A DNA stretch of 64,000 nt from Deferribacterales bacterium (GTDB taxonomy: Bacteria; Chrysiogenota; Deferribacteres; Deferribacterales; Geovibrionaceae). The stretch covers positions 160,001 to 224,000 of the forward strand of contig JBFWJS010000006.1 of the NCBI GenBank assembly GCA_050253075.1, given 5' to 3'. Below are positions 16,770 to 27,154 of the stretch, in pieces (position 1 is the first letter of the stretch; every line of letters begins with the position of its first letter). The notes beneath the pieces are model-generated. The model did not search any database. It was not told the origin of the DNA and saw nothing but the letters and a program-made list of their open reading frames with translations. The translations under genes and the position numbers were made by a program.

Positions 16770-17514
16770 ACCCTATATCCCCGGTGATGATGGTCTTCAG
16801 ACTGCCATGTTCGTCGAGAGCACGTAAACAGCCCGTCGCATCTATACCTTTCTCAGTATAAATAGTTTTAACACCATCTTTATGTATTGCAATCTTTTTG
16901 TCAAGATATGCGGAATAAACTGACCAAAGTTTTACGATATCTATACGTCCGCTTCTGAAAAGATCGAAGGAATTCTCGAATGCAGACATGAAGGATGCAA
17001 GTATCTTTTCACGGTTCTGCTTCTCCCCTGTTTCTTTATAGATGGATGTGGCGATGTCTTTTATCTCTTCGGGGAAGCTCTCTGCATTAACATTCAGCCC
17101 TATCCCCAGCACAGTCTTCTCAAGCACTCCGCCTGAGAATGATGTCTCCATAAGGATGCCCGCCAGCTTTCTGCCGTTTACCACCATGTCGTTAGGCCAT
17201 TTGACCTTTGCATCTACGAAGCCTCTTAGGGTGTCTGCGAGGATGTATCCCGCATAGATATTCAGCGGAAGGAGCATAGATGAGTCTATGCCGTCTATCA
17301 CGACTGAAAAATACAGATTTGCGTCGGTATCCGAGTGCCAGACACGTCCGCTGCGCCCCCGCCCGGCTGTCTGCCTGTCGGCTATGACACAGGTAAAAGG
17401 CGCAAGGTCACTTTTAACGGCGTATGCGTTGGTAGAATCAACTTCTTCAAGATGTACGATCTTCCCTTCTTTGCCGTAAAAATTCAGATAAGCCGAAACA
17501 TCAAACCCCTGCAA
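16753..17514 (-). CDS. birA: Biotin--[acetyl-CoA carboxylase] ligase (no N-terminal HTH)
   Basis: VDSTN, QTAGRGRSGR.W, KWPND, KLAGIL.E, GIGLNV; start uncertain (TTG at 17514 after GAAGGTG; the ORF extends to 17535). Confidence 0.92.
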   Translation of the reverse strand: MQGFDVSAYLNFYGKEGKIVHLEEVDSTNAYAVKSDLAPFTCVIADRQTAGRGRSGRVWHSDTDANLYFSVVIDGIDSSMLLPLNIYAGYILADTLRGFVDAKVKWPNDMVVNGRKLAGILMETSFSGGVLEKTVLGIGLNVNAESFPEEIKDIATSIYKETGEKQNREKILASFMSAFENSFDLFRSGRIDIVKLWSVYSAYLDKKIAIHKDGVKTIYTEKGIDATGCLRALDEHGSLKTIITGDIGYDLCR

Positions 17515-17854
17515 GTTTAGACACCTTCGCAACAAGCTCTTCGAGGTCGCTTGATTTATAAACCAGCGAGTCGTAATGGATGTCAGTATGCTTTTCGAGT
17601 CTTTCAGGGTTTGCTGTATATATCACGACAGGTACATCAGGAGCCTGACTTTTCAGCTTTTTCGCTACCTGTTCACCTGTGAGTTTAGGCATATTAAGGT
17701 CAAGAACAACAACGTCTACGTGCTGTTCGGAGAAGGCAACTACCCCTTCCTCTCCGTCCACGGCAGTGACGACATTATATCCGTTATCACAAAATTCATC
17801 TCTCAACAGCAGTCTTATGCTTTCATCATCGTCTACAACGAGCAAAGTCTTCAA
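17501..17854 (-). CDS. Single-domain response regulator receiver
   Basis: LVVDDD, VLDLNMP, IYTA, K; overlaps both neighbours. Confidence 0.9.
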   Translation of the reverse strand: MKTLLVVDDDESIRLLLRDEFCDNGYNVVTAVDGEEGVVAFSEQHVDVVVLDLNMPKLTGEQVAKKLKSQAPDVPVVIYTANPERLEKHTDIHYDSLVYKSSDLEELVAKVSKLAGV

Positions 17855-19311
17855 CTTTCCCTCCTCATTACAGATTCGTACAGAGCATTATCGACAAAGT
17901 AATCAACGACTCTATTATCGAGCGCCCTTCTATCTGCTTCCTCTTTCAGTATAGCACATGCTTTTTCCACAGGCATTGCCTTTTTATAAGGTCTGTCGGC
18001 AGCGGTCAGAGCATCAAAGATGTCCGCCACGGCCATGATGCGACCCTGCATATGTATCTGCTCTCCTGCCAGTCCGAAGGGATACCCCTTCCCGTCTATT
18101 CGCTCATGGTGGAGTGCAGCGACCACGGGGATGAGCTTAAGCTCGTTTGTCCACGGGATCTTTATAAGGAAATCGAACGTATGGTTCGCATGGCTTTGTA
18201 TAATCTCACGCTCCTCACCTGTAAGAGAGCCTCTCTTTATAGAAAGGTAGTAATACTCTATATCGGTGAGCAGTGTGTGCTTAACTCCGTCAAAGTCTTC
18301 AAATTCATAATGAAGACATTTATCAAGCCCGCCGCTGGTATCATCGTCCAGTACGGTGGGAATATTAGCTTTTCTTATCATGCCGAGCAAAGTGCCCAGC
18401 TCGTCTATCTCTTCCTGAGACTTTCCGTTCAGCTTTGCCATCGCCTTTGCAGTGCCGAAGCGGTATTCGATAACCTCGAGCATCCCGGGGTACAGCTTGT
18501 TCGCTTTCTGCAGTACATTCTCGCTGATGACCAGCTTGCCAAAGTCGTGAAGCATGCAAGAGTATTTAAGGCATCTGAGCTCCGCAGGGCTCAGCTTGAA
18601 ATCAGGCCACGCCTCGTCGTCTTCGCTCATTGCCTCTGCCGTGACCATTGTATAGTCTGTCACACGCTGAGAGTGACCGCCTGTCACAGGGTCCCGTGAG
18701 TCGATCGCCGTCATACATGCAGAGATGAAACCCTCCCACATCTCCTCTATACTGTTGTAAAGGAGTGCGTTCTCAAGAGCCATGCCTACGATACCGCTGA
18801 GTGAGTGAGCAGTACGCTCGTCATCAGCGGTGAAAGGTATCACGACCTCATGGGCATTCTCAGGGGAGATCTTCTCATCCTTCACCTTTTTATTAATAAG
18901 CTGAAGAACGCCTATGATCCTGTTGTTTATATCGTTTATGGGAAATACCAGCATGGATACCGTCTTGTATCCGGACATCTTGTCAAAGCTGGGGTTGAAA
19001 TCGAACGGAAACTTAGGGTCGAGGTTGTAAACATCCTCAAGCCTGATGACATTATTACGTACTGCGCAGAAGCCCGCTATGCTGTGTTCGTTTGCAGGCA
19101 TACGGAAAGAGTTGAACGGCAGATCAAGGGAGTCGTTCTGAGTGTATTTAAATATAAGCTCGTCCGATTCATCGTTGTAAATGAAGATGCTTCCGGCATC
19201 GGCATCGAGCATGTCACGTATCCGTGTAAGCATTGTATCCAGCAGTTCATCCAGGTCTCTTATGCGCACCAGAGAGTAAGCCAGATCAATGAAAGAGTTT
19301 TCTTTAAGCAT
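17851..19311 (-). CDS. GAF + HD-GYP cyclic di-GMP phosphodiesterase
   Basis: GAF (FDKMSGYKT.SML..P, GVLQLINK), GHSQRV, LHDFGK, HHERIDGKGYP, ADIFDAL. Confidence 0.9.
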   Translation of the reverse strand: MLKENSFIDLAYSLVRIRDLDELLDTMLTRIRDMLDADAGSIFIYNDESDELIFKYTQNDSLDLPFNSFRMPANEHSIAGFCAVRNNVIRLEDVYNLDPKFPFDFNPSFDKMSGYKTVSMLVFPINDINNRIIGVLQLINKKVKDEKISPENAHEVVIPFTADDERTAHSLSGIVGMALENALLYNSIEEMWEGFISACMTAIDSRDPVTGGHSQRVTDYTMVTAEAMSEDDEAWPDFKLSPAELRCLKYSCMLHDFGKLVISENVLQKANKLYPGMLEVIEYRFGTAKAMAKLNGKSQEEIDELGTLLGMIRKANIPTVLDDDTSGGLDKCLHYEFEDFDGVKHTLLTDIEYYYLSIKRGSLTGEEREIIQSHANHTFDFLIKIPWTNELKLIPVVAALHHERIDGKGYPFGLAGEQIHMQGRIMAVADIFDALTAADRPYKKAMPVEKACAILKEEADRRALDNRVVDYFVDNALYESVMRRES

Positions 19312-19534
19312 TAAGCCACTCGTTAAATCATAATTGTTAAAGTATATCAGTAATAATCAGCGCATGCATGTTTTTATAATACATCAATCATAAAACACTA
19401 ACAAACGACTTTCATCTTTTCAATATAAATATGCGGAAAAGTCATGATTCAATACTTTATTATGCTCAGTTTACTACTTGATAATGTAAAGCCAGTTGTG
19501 CTAGTTTACGAGTTCGATAATCAGGAGGATTCAG

Positions 19535-22090
19535 ATGAAATACAGCCCCGCAGACATAGAGACCAAATGGCAGAAGATATGGGAGGATAAAAAGCTCTTT
19601 AAAGTAGAAAAAGACAGCTCGAAAGAGAAGTTCTACTGCCTCGAGATGTTCCCATACCCTTCGGGTAAAATCCATATGGGTCACGTTAGAAACTATGCCA
19701 TCGGGGACGTCATCTCCAGATATAAATTCATGAAAGGTCTGAACGTTCTGCACCCTATGGGCTGGGATGCTTTCGGACTGCCCGCAGAGAACGCAGCGAT
19801 TGAAAACTCCACCCACCCCGCAGTATGGACAAAGCAGAACATCAGCTATATGAAAGAACAGCTGAAAAAGCTCGGTCTCTCATACGACTGGGACAGAGAG
19901 ATAGCCACATGCGACCCTGAGTATTACAAATGGGAGCAGAAGGTCTTCATCGAAATGTGGGAAAAGGGACTCATCTATAAAAAGAAATCCCACCTGAACT
20001 GGTGCGACGACTGCAACACCGTACTCGCAAACGAGCAGGTAGAAGAAGGCGCCTGCTGGAGATGCGGACACGAAGTACAGATAAAAGAGCTCGACGGATG
20101 GTATCTCAAGATAACAGACTATGCCGATGAGCTACTCGAATATACAGAGAGCAAGATGCCCGGATGGCCTGCGAAGGTTCTCACCATGCAGCAGAACTGG
20201 ATAGGCAAATCTTACGGAGCTGAGATCAACTTTAAAGTTAAAGACCTCGATGAAAAGATAAAAGTATTCACCACGAGACCGGACACGCTCTTCGGCGCGA
20301 CATTCATGTCCATCGCCCCTGAGCACCCTATCGCTAAAACCCTCCTCGCAGGTACCGAGCAGGAGAAAGACGGTCTCGCATTCATAGACTCCATCCTTAA
20401 AGAAGATAAAGTGAACAGGATGGACGACGACAAAGAGAAACGCGGACACTTCACAGGCAGATACGTGACAAACCCTGTCACAGGTATCGACATGCCTGTC
20501 TATATAGCAAACTTTGTCCTTATGGATTACGGTACGGGGGCTGTTATGGCTGTCCCCGCACACGACCAGAGAGACTTTGAATTTGCAAAGAAATACGGCT
20601 GTGACCTTAAGATAGTCATCATGCCTGAGGAAGGACTCGAGCTCGACAGCATGACAGAGGCATACTCAGGCGCAGGAAAGCTCGTACAGTCAGGCAAGTT
20701 CGACGGCATGTCTAACGAAGATGCGAAAAAGGCTATCGTGGAATGGCTCGACGAGCAGGGCATAGGCAAAACAACCATAAACTATCGTCTCCGTGACTGG
20801 CAGATATCACGCCAGAGATACTGGGGCGCACCTATTCCGTTTATCCAGTGTGACAAATGCGGAACAGTCCCCGTGCCGAAGGATCAGCTCCCCGTTGAGC
20901 TCCCTGACGTGGACTTCAACCCTTCCATGAGAGGTAACCCTCTCGATAAGGTAGAGAGCTTTGTAAAAACCAAATGCCCTAAATGCGGCGGCGACGCCCG
21001 CAGAGAGACAGACACCATGGACACATTCATGGAGTCTTCATGGTATTTCCTCAGATATACATCTCCGAAGTGCGACACGGCGCCTTTTAACAAAGAGGAA
21101 GCCGACTATTGGATGAACGTTGACCAGTACATCGGCGGTATAGAGCACGCTATTCTCCACCTGCTCTATTCACGCTTTTACACAAAGGTTCTGCGTGACC
21201 TCGGATACGTCACCATAGACGAGCCTTTCAACAGACTGCTCACACAGGGTATGGTTTGTAAAGAAACATATAAATGCCCTGAGCACGGATGGCTCTTCCC
21301 CGAAGAGGCCGAAGGCGGCAAGTGCGCTAAATGCGGCAAGGACGTTGTGATCGGACGTGTGGAGAAGATGTCTAAATCCAAAAAGAATGTTGTAGACCCT
21401 AATAAACTTATAAAAGAATACGGCGCCGACACGGCAAGGCTGTTCATCCTCTTTGCTTCACCTCCTGAAAGAGAGCTGGAGTGGAGCGACAGCGGTGTAG
21501 AGGGTTCATTCAGATTCCTCGGACGTGTATGGCGACTGATACAGAACAACATAGAGCTTTTCAAAGCTGAGCTCCCTGCTGCCGTGGAGGACGACATCAC
21601 CAAAGAGATCCTCTTCCACCAGAACGTAACGGTTAAGAAGATAACCGAAGACATCGAGAGATATCAGCTTAACACCTGTGTGGCTGCGCTTATGGAGTTC
21701 GTAAACAACCTTTACGCTCTCGAACCTAAGCTCGGCGAAGGTAATAAGGCAGTTTTCAGAGATGCAGTGTATACTCTGATGAAGCTGATAGCACCTTTCA
21801 CACCTCACGCTGCGGAGGAACTTTTCGAGCTGGCTGGCTTCGAAGGACTCATATCCAGAAGCGAATGGCCTTCATTCGACGAGAAGCTCACTCAGAAAGA
21901 CGACATAACCGTTGCAGTACAGGTTAACGGAAAGCTGAGAGGACAGATAGATATCCCGAGAAGCATGGGTAAAGACGATGTGCTCGCCACTGCAAAGCAG
22001 AATGAGAACGTCTCCAAGTATCTCGAAGGTATGAACATAGTTAAAGAAATATACGTGCCTAACAAGCTCGTAAACTTTGTGGTGAAGTAA
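19535..22090 (+). CDS. leuS: Leucine--tRNA ligase
   Basis: [39 protein letters not shown]. Confidence 0.98.
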   Translation: MKYSPADIETKWQKIWEDKKLFKVEKDSSKEKFYCLEMFPYPSGKIHMGHVRNYAIGDVISRYKFMKGLNVLHPMGWDAFGLPAENAAIENSTHPAVWTKQNISYMKEQLKKLGLSYDWDREIATCDPEYYKWEQKVFIEMWEKGLIYKKKSHLNWCDDCNTVLANEQVEEGACWRCGHEVQIKELDGWYLKITDYADELLEYTESKMPGWPAKVLTMQQNWIGKSYGAEINFKVKDLDEKIKVFTTRPDTLFGATFMSIAPEHPIAKTLLAGTEQEKDGLAFIDSILKEDKVNRMDDDKEKRGHFTGRYVTNPVTGIDMPVYIANFVLMDYGTGAVMAVPAHDQRDFEFAKKYGCDLKIVIMPEEGLELDSMTEAYSGAGKLVQSGKFDGMSNEDAKKAIVEWLDEQGIGKTTINYRLRDWQISRQRYWGAPIPFIQCDKCGTVPVPKDQLPVELPDVDFNPSMRGNPLDKVESFVKTKCPKCGGDARRETDTMDTFMESSWYFLRYTSPKCDTAPFNKEEADYWMNVDQYIGGIEHAILHLLYSRFYTKVLRDLGYVTIDEPFNRLLTQGMVCKETYKCPEHGWLFPEEAEGGKCAKCGKDVVIGRVEKMSKSKKNVVDPNKLIKEYGADTARLFILFASPPERELEWSDSGVEGSFRFLGRVWRLIQNNIELFKAELPAAVEDDITKEILFHQNVTVKKITEDIERYQLNTCVAALMEFVNNLYALEPKLGEGNKAVFRDAVYTLMKLIAPFTPHAAEELFELAGFEGLISRSEWPSFDEKLTQKDDITVAVQVNGKLRGQIDIPRSMGKDDVLATAKQNENVSKYLEGMNIVKEIYVPNKLVNFVVK

Positions 22091-22091
22091 A

Positions 22092-22562
22092 ATGAAAATA
22101 AGAGCCGCATTAACAGCAATCGCTTTAGTACTATTTGTCTCAGGATGCGGATACCGTATTGTTATGACAGGTATGGATGCGGCTTTTAAGTTATATCCTG
22201 CAACGATAGAAAACAGATCAAACCGTGTGGAGGGGACATCCGTCTTCAACGATGCGGTTAAGCTGTTCCTCGCTACTAACAACGCTATGGCTGACCGTGA
22301 GGAAGCCGACTACATCGGCAGATTCTCTCTTTTGGAGCTCGACTATAACGCATCGGGTACCAGCACCATATCCGCAAGGATAAAGATGGAGATAGAGATC
22401 ACAGACAAAGAGGGTAAACAGGTCTATACCAAGGTCTTAAGCAGCTTTGCCAACAGCTCATCCGAAACATCAAGCAATCAAAACGACGAGAATAAGGCAG
22501 AAGCCATCAGAAGCGCCGTAGAGAAAGCTATGCAGGTATTCAGAAATGAGTTCGATAAATAG
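22092..22562 (+). CDS. lptE: LPS assembly lipoprotein LptE-like
   Basis: Lipobox VSGCGY; conserved leuS-lptE-holA synteny. Confidence 0.7.
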   Translation: MKIRAALTAIALVLFVSGCGYRIVMTGMDAAFKLYPATIENRSNRVEGTSVFNDAVKLFLATNNAMADREEADYIGRFSLLELDYNASGTSTISARIKMEIEITDKEGKQVYTKVLSSFANSSSETSSNQNDENKAEAIRSAVEKAMQVFRNEFDK

Positions 22563-23445
22563 CAAAAACTATATAACAGGCAGCGACTTCTTTCAGGAAG
22601 AAGAGCTGAAGAAGATACTCGGCCGGCTCGAAGACTGCGAGGTTGAGTCCTTCTCTCCTGAGGATTTCAGTCAGGAGTTCTTCTTTAACTTCATAAACAC
22701 CCCTTCCCTCTTTCAGGAGACGAAGGCGGCCGTTGTCAAATCGGCACATAAGGTAAAAGGCATAGGTGATGTGATATCCAAATGCAAAGACTGCATGGAA
22801 TCCACGCTCATCTTCGCTTCTTCGGAAACAAAGCTGACCAAAGAAATAAGCTCTGCTCTGAAAGAAGCAGGCTTTCAGACACTTGCCGAGAAAAAAGCGA
22901 ATAAATACGACATGACATCCCGCATACTGCAGATGTTCTCTGATGCGGATTTCAAGATAGACTCCGCCAGTGCGCAGGAGCTCAATGAGATATTCGAAGG
23001 CGATCTGAAACAGGTTTCCAACGAGATAGAAAAGCTCTCCCTGTACTTCGCATATAAAAAGCCTCAGTCCGCAGCAGACATCATGAAGGCTGTAACAGCG
23101 AGGAAGCAGGACAACATCTTCACATTCATAGATGCATTCACCGTCCGCCGTAAGGACACATGCACTGTAATGTTCCACAGCTTTCTTTCATCGGGTGAGA
23201 ACCTTAGCATACTGATAAACCTGCTCTTCCGCAGGATGAAAGAGCTGTATCTTTACATAAATCTGAAAGATCAGGTGAAGGAAAACCGCCCGTGGATGCT
23301 GGAAAAGATAAAGGCAGGAGCACGCTCATGGAACAGAGAAGACCTGCTGATGCTTTACGGATTATTCGCAGATCTGGATTATAAGAGTAAGACAGGTCAG
23401 ATCTCCCTCGAAAACTATATGACAAGGCTCATCGCCGCTTTATAA
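22546..23445 (+). CDS. holA: DNA polymerase III subunit delta
   Basis: TPSLF, NEIEKL.LY, IF..IDA, D..SKTG; synteny. Confidence 0.82.
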   Translation: MSSINSKNYITGSDFFQEEELKKILGRLEDCEVESFSPEDFSQEFFFNFINTPSLFQETKAAVVKSAHKVKGIGDVISKCKDCMESTLIFASSETKLTKEISSALKEAGFQTLAEKKANKYDMTSRILQMFSDADFKIDSASAQELNEIFEGDLKQVSNEIEKLSLYFAYKKPQSAADIMKAVTARKQDNIFTFIDAFTVRRKDTCTVMFHSFLSSGENLSILINLLFRRMKELYLYINLKDQVKENRPWMLEKIKAGARSWNREDLLMLYGLFADLDYKSKTGQISLENYMTRLIAAL

Positions 23446-24127
23446 ATTCTCCGCCCTTTTCAAGCCTTACAGTGCCATTTTCATCATCAAATACAGTGTG
23501 CGCCGTCAGCACAGTTACGCCTGCATCATATGCCTCGTATAGAGCGTCTGCATATGCAGGGTCTATCTCGTGTGCGGGTCTGAAATACTTTTTATCTATC
23601 TGACAGAGGTAGAGCATCACGGGGATATAGCCGTCCTCCATAGACTCTGTGAGTATACGCAGGTGCTTACGCCCTCTTTCCGTCACCGCATCGGGAAACA
23701 TGCAGGTATCCTCGTCGAAGAGCGTTACGTTCTTCACCTCGATAAGGCACTTGCCCATTGAGCATTCTACATAGAAGTCTATGCGGCCGTCCTTATACTT
23801 ATACTCAGGCTTTACGCTGTATATCTCGCCCAGTTCAGCTATCTCGCCGTCCTCTATGGCGTGCTTCACCACACGGTTCATCAGGATGGTGTTCGTCAGC
23901 ATCCATTCACCGTCCACGTAGAAAGCCTCTAATGTGTGCTTCAGCTTGCGCTTAGGGTTGTCGGATTCGCTGATAAGGACATCACGCCCCTCTTTTACCA
24001 CGCACTTCATCGAGCCGGTGTTCGGGTTATGGACAGTGAGCAAACTATCCTCTGTTTCGACATCGGTGAAGAATCTTTTATATCTTTTTATAAACTTTGC
24101 TTTCAGTAGTTTGTGGTATGTGTACAA
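23429..24127 (-). CDS. sfsA: DNA/RNA nuclease SfsA
   Basis: RYKRFF, H.PNTGSM, RIDF, EVKNVT, FPDAVTERG.KHL, IDP.Y. Confidence 0.93.
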   Translation of the reverse strand: MYTYHKLLKAKFIKRYKRFFTDVETEDSLLTVHNPNTGSMKCVVKEGRDVLISESDNPKRKLKHTLEAFYVDGEWMLTNTILMNRVVKHAIEDGEIAELGEIYSVKPEYKYKDGRIDFYVECSMGKCLIEVKNVTLFDEDTCMFPDAVTERGRKHLRILTESMEDGYIPVMLYLCQIDKKYFRPAHEIDPAYADALYEAYDAGVTVLTAHTVFDDENGTVRLEKGGEFIKRR

Positions 24128-24216
24128 GCTGATTAGCCCCCTTTGGGTATTTTTTCACTTTACAAACAGGCCGTAACTGACTATTTTTACTCCTGCTTAC
24201 AACAACTATATAAACT

Positions 24217-24915
24217 ATGAACATGAAAAACTATATAAACAATATCAAAACTACAGTAATTCTACTTATGGTAATACTGATAGCCTTTGCAACTCTCAAC
24301 TCTATCTATCTCTTTAAGCTGAGCGGCAACATCGAAGATATCAGTGAAGAAACAACTAAAACAACAGACGACTTCTACGAGCTTTCAGAAAAGCTGAAAG
24401 ACGAAAAGGAAAAGATGTCATTCATGGCGCATGTCATGGATATCAAAAATGTCCTCGATACATTCGACAGGAATACAAGCTCATACAATACTATGGACTT
24501 CGCATACCTCATAGCTAAGGAATCCTTCGAGAACAACCTCGACCCTTTCCTTGTGCTCGCTGTTGTTAAAACTGAAAGTTCTTTCCGACAAAGTGTCGTG
24601 TCGCATAAAGGTGCGATAGGGCTCATGCAGATACTGCCGAACACGGCTAACTATGTCTCGGGCATGGTTGAGCACATAGACATCAGCAGTTCAAACGAGC
24701 TCTTCGAACCTCAGACAAATGTCACAATCGGCATCAATTATCTCTCCTATCTGATAAACAAGTTTGAAAACCGCAAATACGCCATCATAGCCTATAATAT
24801 GGGACCGACAAACCTTGTTAAAAAGATACGTTCAGGCGAACGTCTCCCCGAGAGATACTACCGCAGCGTTATGAGAAACTATAAACAGCTTCTTTCACTC
24901 TCCGGCAGGGCTTAA
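24217..24915 (+). CDS. Membrane-anchored lytic transglycosylase (SLT domain)
   Basis: N-terminal TM; V..ESSF, GAIGLMQI.P.T, AYN.G. Confidence 0.88.
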   Translation: MNMKNYINNIKTTVILLMVILIAFATLNSIYLFKLSGNIEDISEETTKTTDDFYELSEKLKDEKEKMSFMAHVMDIKNVLDTFDRNTSSYNTMDFAYLIAKESFENNLDPFLVLAVVKTESSFRQSVVSHKGAIGLMQILPNTANYVSGMVEHIDISSSNELFEPQTNVTIGINYLSYLINKFENRKYAIIAYNMGPTNLVKKIRSGERLPERYYRSVMRNYKQLLSLSGRA

Positions 24916-24921
24916 TATAAG

Positions 24922-25638
24922 TTGAAAGGTATAAATGTTCTCCTTTCAAGGACAGAGGGTCCGATAAACCTCGGCTTTATAGCCAGAGCAATGGCAAACA
25001 CAGGCTTCTCCTCCCTCTCTTATACCGGAGAGATACCGAAACACCATCCAAAAGCGCTCAAATACGCTCTGCACGCCGAAAACATCTTATCTTCCGCCGT
25101 GCATGCATCCTCTTTTGAAGAGCTCATATCTAAAAGCGACATACTGATAGGCTTCACCCCCAGAGCACCGTTTGAGAATTCGCTCCAATTCGAGGAGCTC
25201 CGTACATACACAGGGGAAAAGCTGTCCGAGGGATTGACAGTCGGGCTGCTCTTCGGCAATGAAGCATCGGGGCTGAATAATAACGAGGCCGCTGCATGCA
25301 CGAGAACCGTAGCACTCCCCACCAGCGAGGAATATGCCAGCATGAATCTGGCGCAGGCTGTCATGGTTACACTGTGGGAGCTGAGAGACACACCCTCCAT
25401 ATCCGCCGAACCATCCGAAAAAGCCGATAGAAAGACAAAGGACACATTAATAAATGTTGTGTCGAACCATCTGGAGCTGATAGAATACTTCAACGGACAA
25501 AATCCTGACCCGATAAAACAGGAGATAAACCAGATATTCGAAACAAAAGATCTGTCAAAAAGGGAAGCGGAAATACTCATCTCCGTCTTCGGCAAAAGCA
25601 TAAGCCGATACAGGCATTTACTGAAAAATTCCAAATAA
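24922..25638 (+). CDS. TrmJ/TrmH (SPOUT) RNA methyltransferase
   Basis: N.G..ARAM.N.G, LLFG.E..GL.N.E, SMNLAQAV. Confidence 0.88.
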   Translation: MKGINVLLSRTEGPINLGFIARAMANTGFSSLSYTGEIPKHHPKALKYALHAENILSSAVHASSFEELISKSDILIGFTPRAPFENSLQFEELRTYTGEKLSEGLTVGLLFGNEASGLNNNEAAACTRTVALPTSEEYASMNLAQAVMVTLWELRDTPSISAEPSEKADRKTKDTLINVVSNHLELIEYFNGQNPDPIKQEINQIFETKDLSKREAEILISVFGKSISRYRHLLKNSK

Positions 25639-25657
25639 TTTCACAAAATCTCACTAT

Positions 25658-25696
25658 TTTACATTTAATTGACATTATTTTCACAGAGTCTTTACA
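25658..25696 (+). promoter_or_regulatory. Pho-box array upstream of phoU
   Basis: TTTACA (25658), TTGACA (25669), TTCACA (25680), TTTACA (25691): exact 11-bp period. Confidence 0.75.
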
Positions 25697-25800
25697 GCAA
25701 ACGAGTATTTTTATCTCGTATCATTGAATACTAAGTTGCTGTATAATACATTTACACATGCAAAGAATAGATACTACACAATCCAAGAGGTGTTTATCAG

Positions 25801-26481
25801 ATGACAACTTTCAGACATGAAAAAGAATACGTCCAACTCAAAGGAATGCTGGCTGAGATGGCCACACTGGCATCTTCGATGGTCTCCGACTCTCTCAAAG
25901 CCCTAGTGGAAAGAGACTCCGACCTCGCCAGAAAAGTTATTGAAAAGGACGAACACCTCGATCAGCTCGATGTTGATATCGACGAACACTGTGTTAAGAT
26001 GCTCGCCCTTTTCGAGCCGAAAGCAGTAGACCTCAGATACATCATCACCGCCACACGCATCATCATCGACATAGAGCGTATCGGCGACCATTGCGTCAGC
26101 ATGTGCAGAGACATCCTGAAGATAAACGACCATCCTCAGCTGAAACCATACATTGACCTGCCTAACATGGCAGAAAGCGCAGTAGTGATGCTGAACGATG
26201 CCCTTCAGGCGTTCTTCAACGGAGATACAAAGATAGCTTTCGATGTTATCAAAAGAGACAGCGGTGTGGACCAGCTGAACGATCAGGTGATCAGAGAGCT
26301 GCTCACATACACCATGGAAGACATCAAGACGCTTCAGATAGTGCTCTGGCTGATGAACCTCTCCAGAAGGATAGAACGTGTCGCAGACCACGCCACAAAC
26401 ATCGCAGAGATGGTCTACTACATGGTCGAAGGCAAGATAATAAGACACACATATATAGAAGAAGTCGAAGAGGAAGATTAA
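25801..26481 (+). CDS. phoU: Phosphate signalling regulator PhoU
   Basis: P.A.DLR, DIERIGDH, ERVADHATNIAE. Confidence 0.95.
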   Translation: MTTFRHEKEYVQLKGMLAEMATLASSMVSDSLKALVERDSDLARKVIEKDEHLDQLDVDIDEHCVKMLALFEPKAVDLRYIITATRIIIDIERIGDHCVSMCRDILKINDHPQLKPYIDLPNMAESAVVMLNDALQAFFNGDTKIAFDVIKRDSGVDQLNDQVIRELLTYTMEDIKTLQIVLWLMNLSRRIERVADHATNIAEMVYYMVEGKIIRHTYIEEVEEED

Positions 26482-26482
26482 T

Positions 26483-27154
26483 ATGATAAAAGTCCTGGTA
26501 ATTGAAGACCACGAAGAGATAAGAGACCTCATCTCTTATAACCTCGGCAAGGAAAGCTTTGAGACCATTTGTTTCGATAACGCAAACGAAGGGCTTATCC
26601 ACCTTGAGAACAACGATGTGGATATCATCCTTCTCGACCTTATGCTCCCCGGACTGAAAGGGATGCAGTTCCTTCAGATAGTCAGAAACAACAAAAAATA
26701 CTCCGGCGTGCCTATCATCATCATCTCAGCGAAAAACACTGAGCAGGACATCATAAACGGACTGGAGATGGGCGCAGACGACTACCTCACAAAGCCGTTC
26801 TCCATAAAGATACTGATAGCGAAGATAAACGCTATCCTCCGCAGAAACCCTGCGATAAAGTCTAAGGTGATATCCATCAACGGCATCAACATAGACACAA
26901 ACAACTATGTAGTAACCGTAGACGGTGAAGAGGTCAGCCTCACTAATAAAGAATATGAACTGCTTCAGCTGCTCCTTAAGCATCCGAAGAGAGTATTCAC
27001 CAGAAACCAGATACTGAACGCCGTATGGGGTTATGAATCTGATGTTTATACCAGAACGGTAGACACGCACGTCTCTTCCCTCCGCAAAAAGCTGGGAACC
27101 AGAGGCGCATTTATAAAATCAGTGCCTAAAATAGGATACAGAGCAGACATATGA
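26483..27154 (+). CDS. phoB: PhoB/PhoP-type OmpR family response regulator
   Basis: REC (LLDLMLPG, GADDYLTKPF) plus wHTH (RTVDTHV..LRKKL); context. Confidence 0.88.
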   Translation: MIKVLVIEDHEEIRDLISYNLGKESFETICFDNANEGLIHLENNDVDIILLDLMLPGLKGMQFLQIVRNNKKYSGVPIIIISAKNTEQDIINGLEMGADDYLTKPFSIKILIAKINAILRRNPAIKSKVISINGINIDTNNYVVTVDGEEVSLTNKEYELLQLLLKHPKRVFTRNQILNAVWGYESDVYTRTVDTHVSSLRKKLGTRGAFIKSVPKIGYRADI

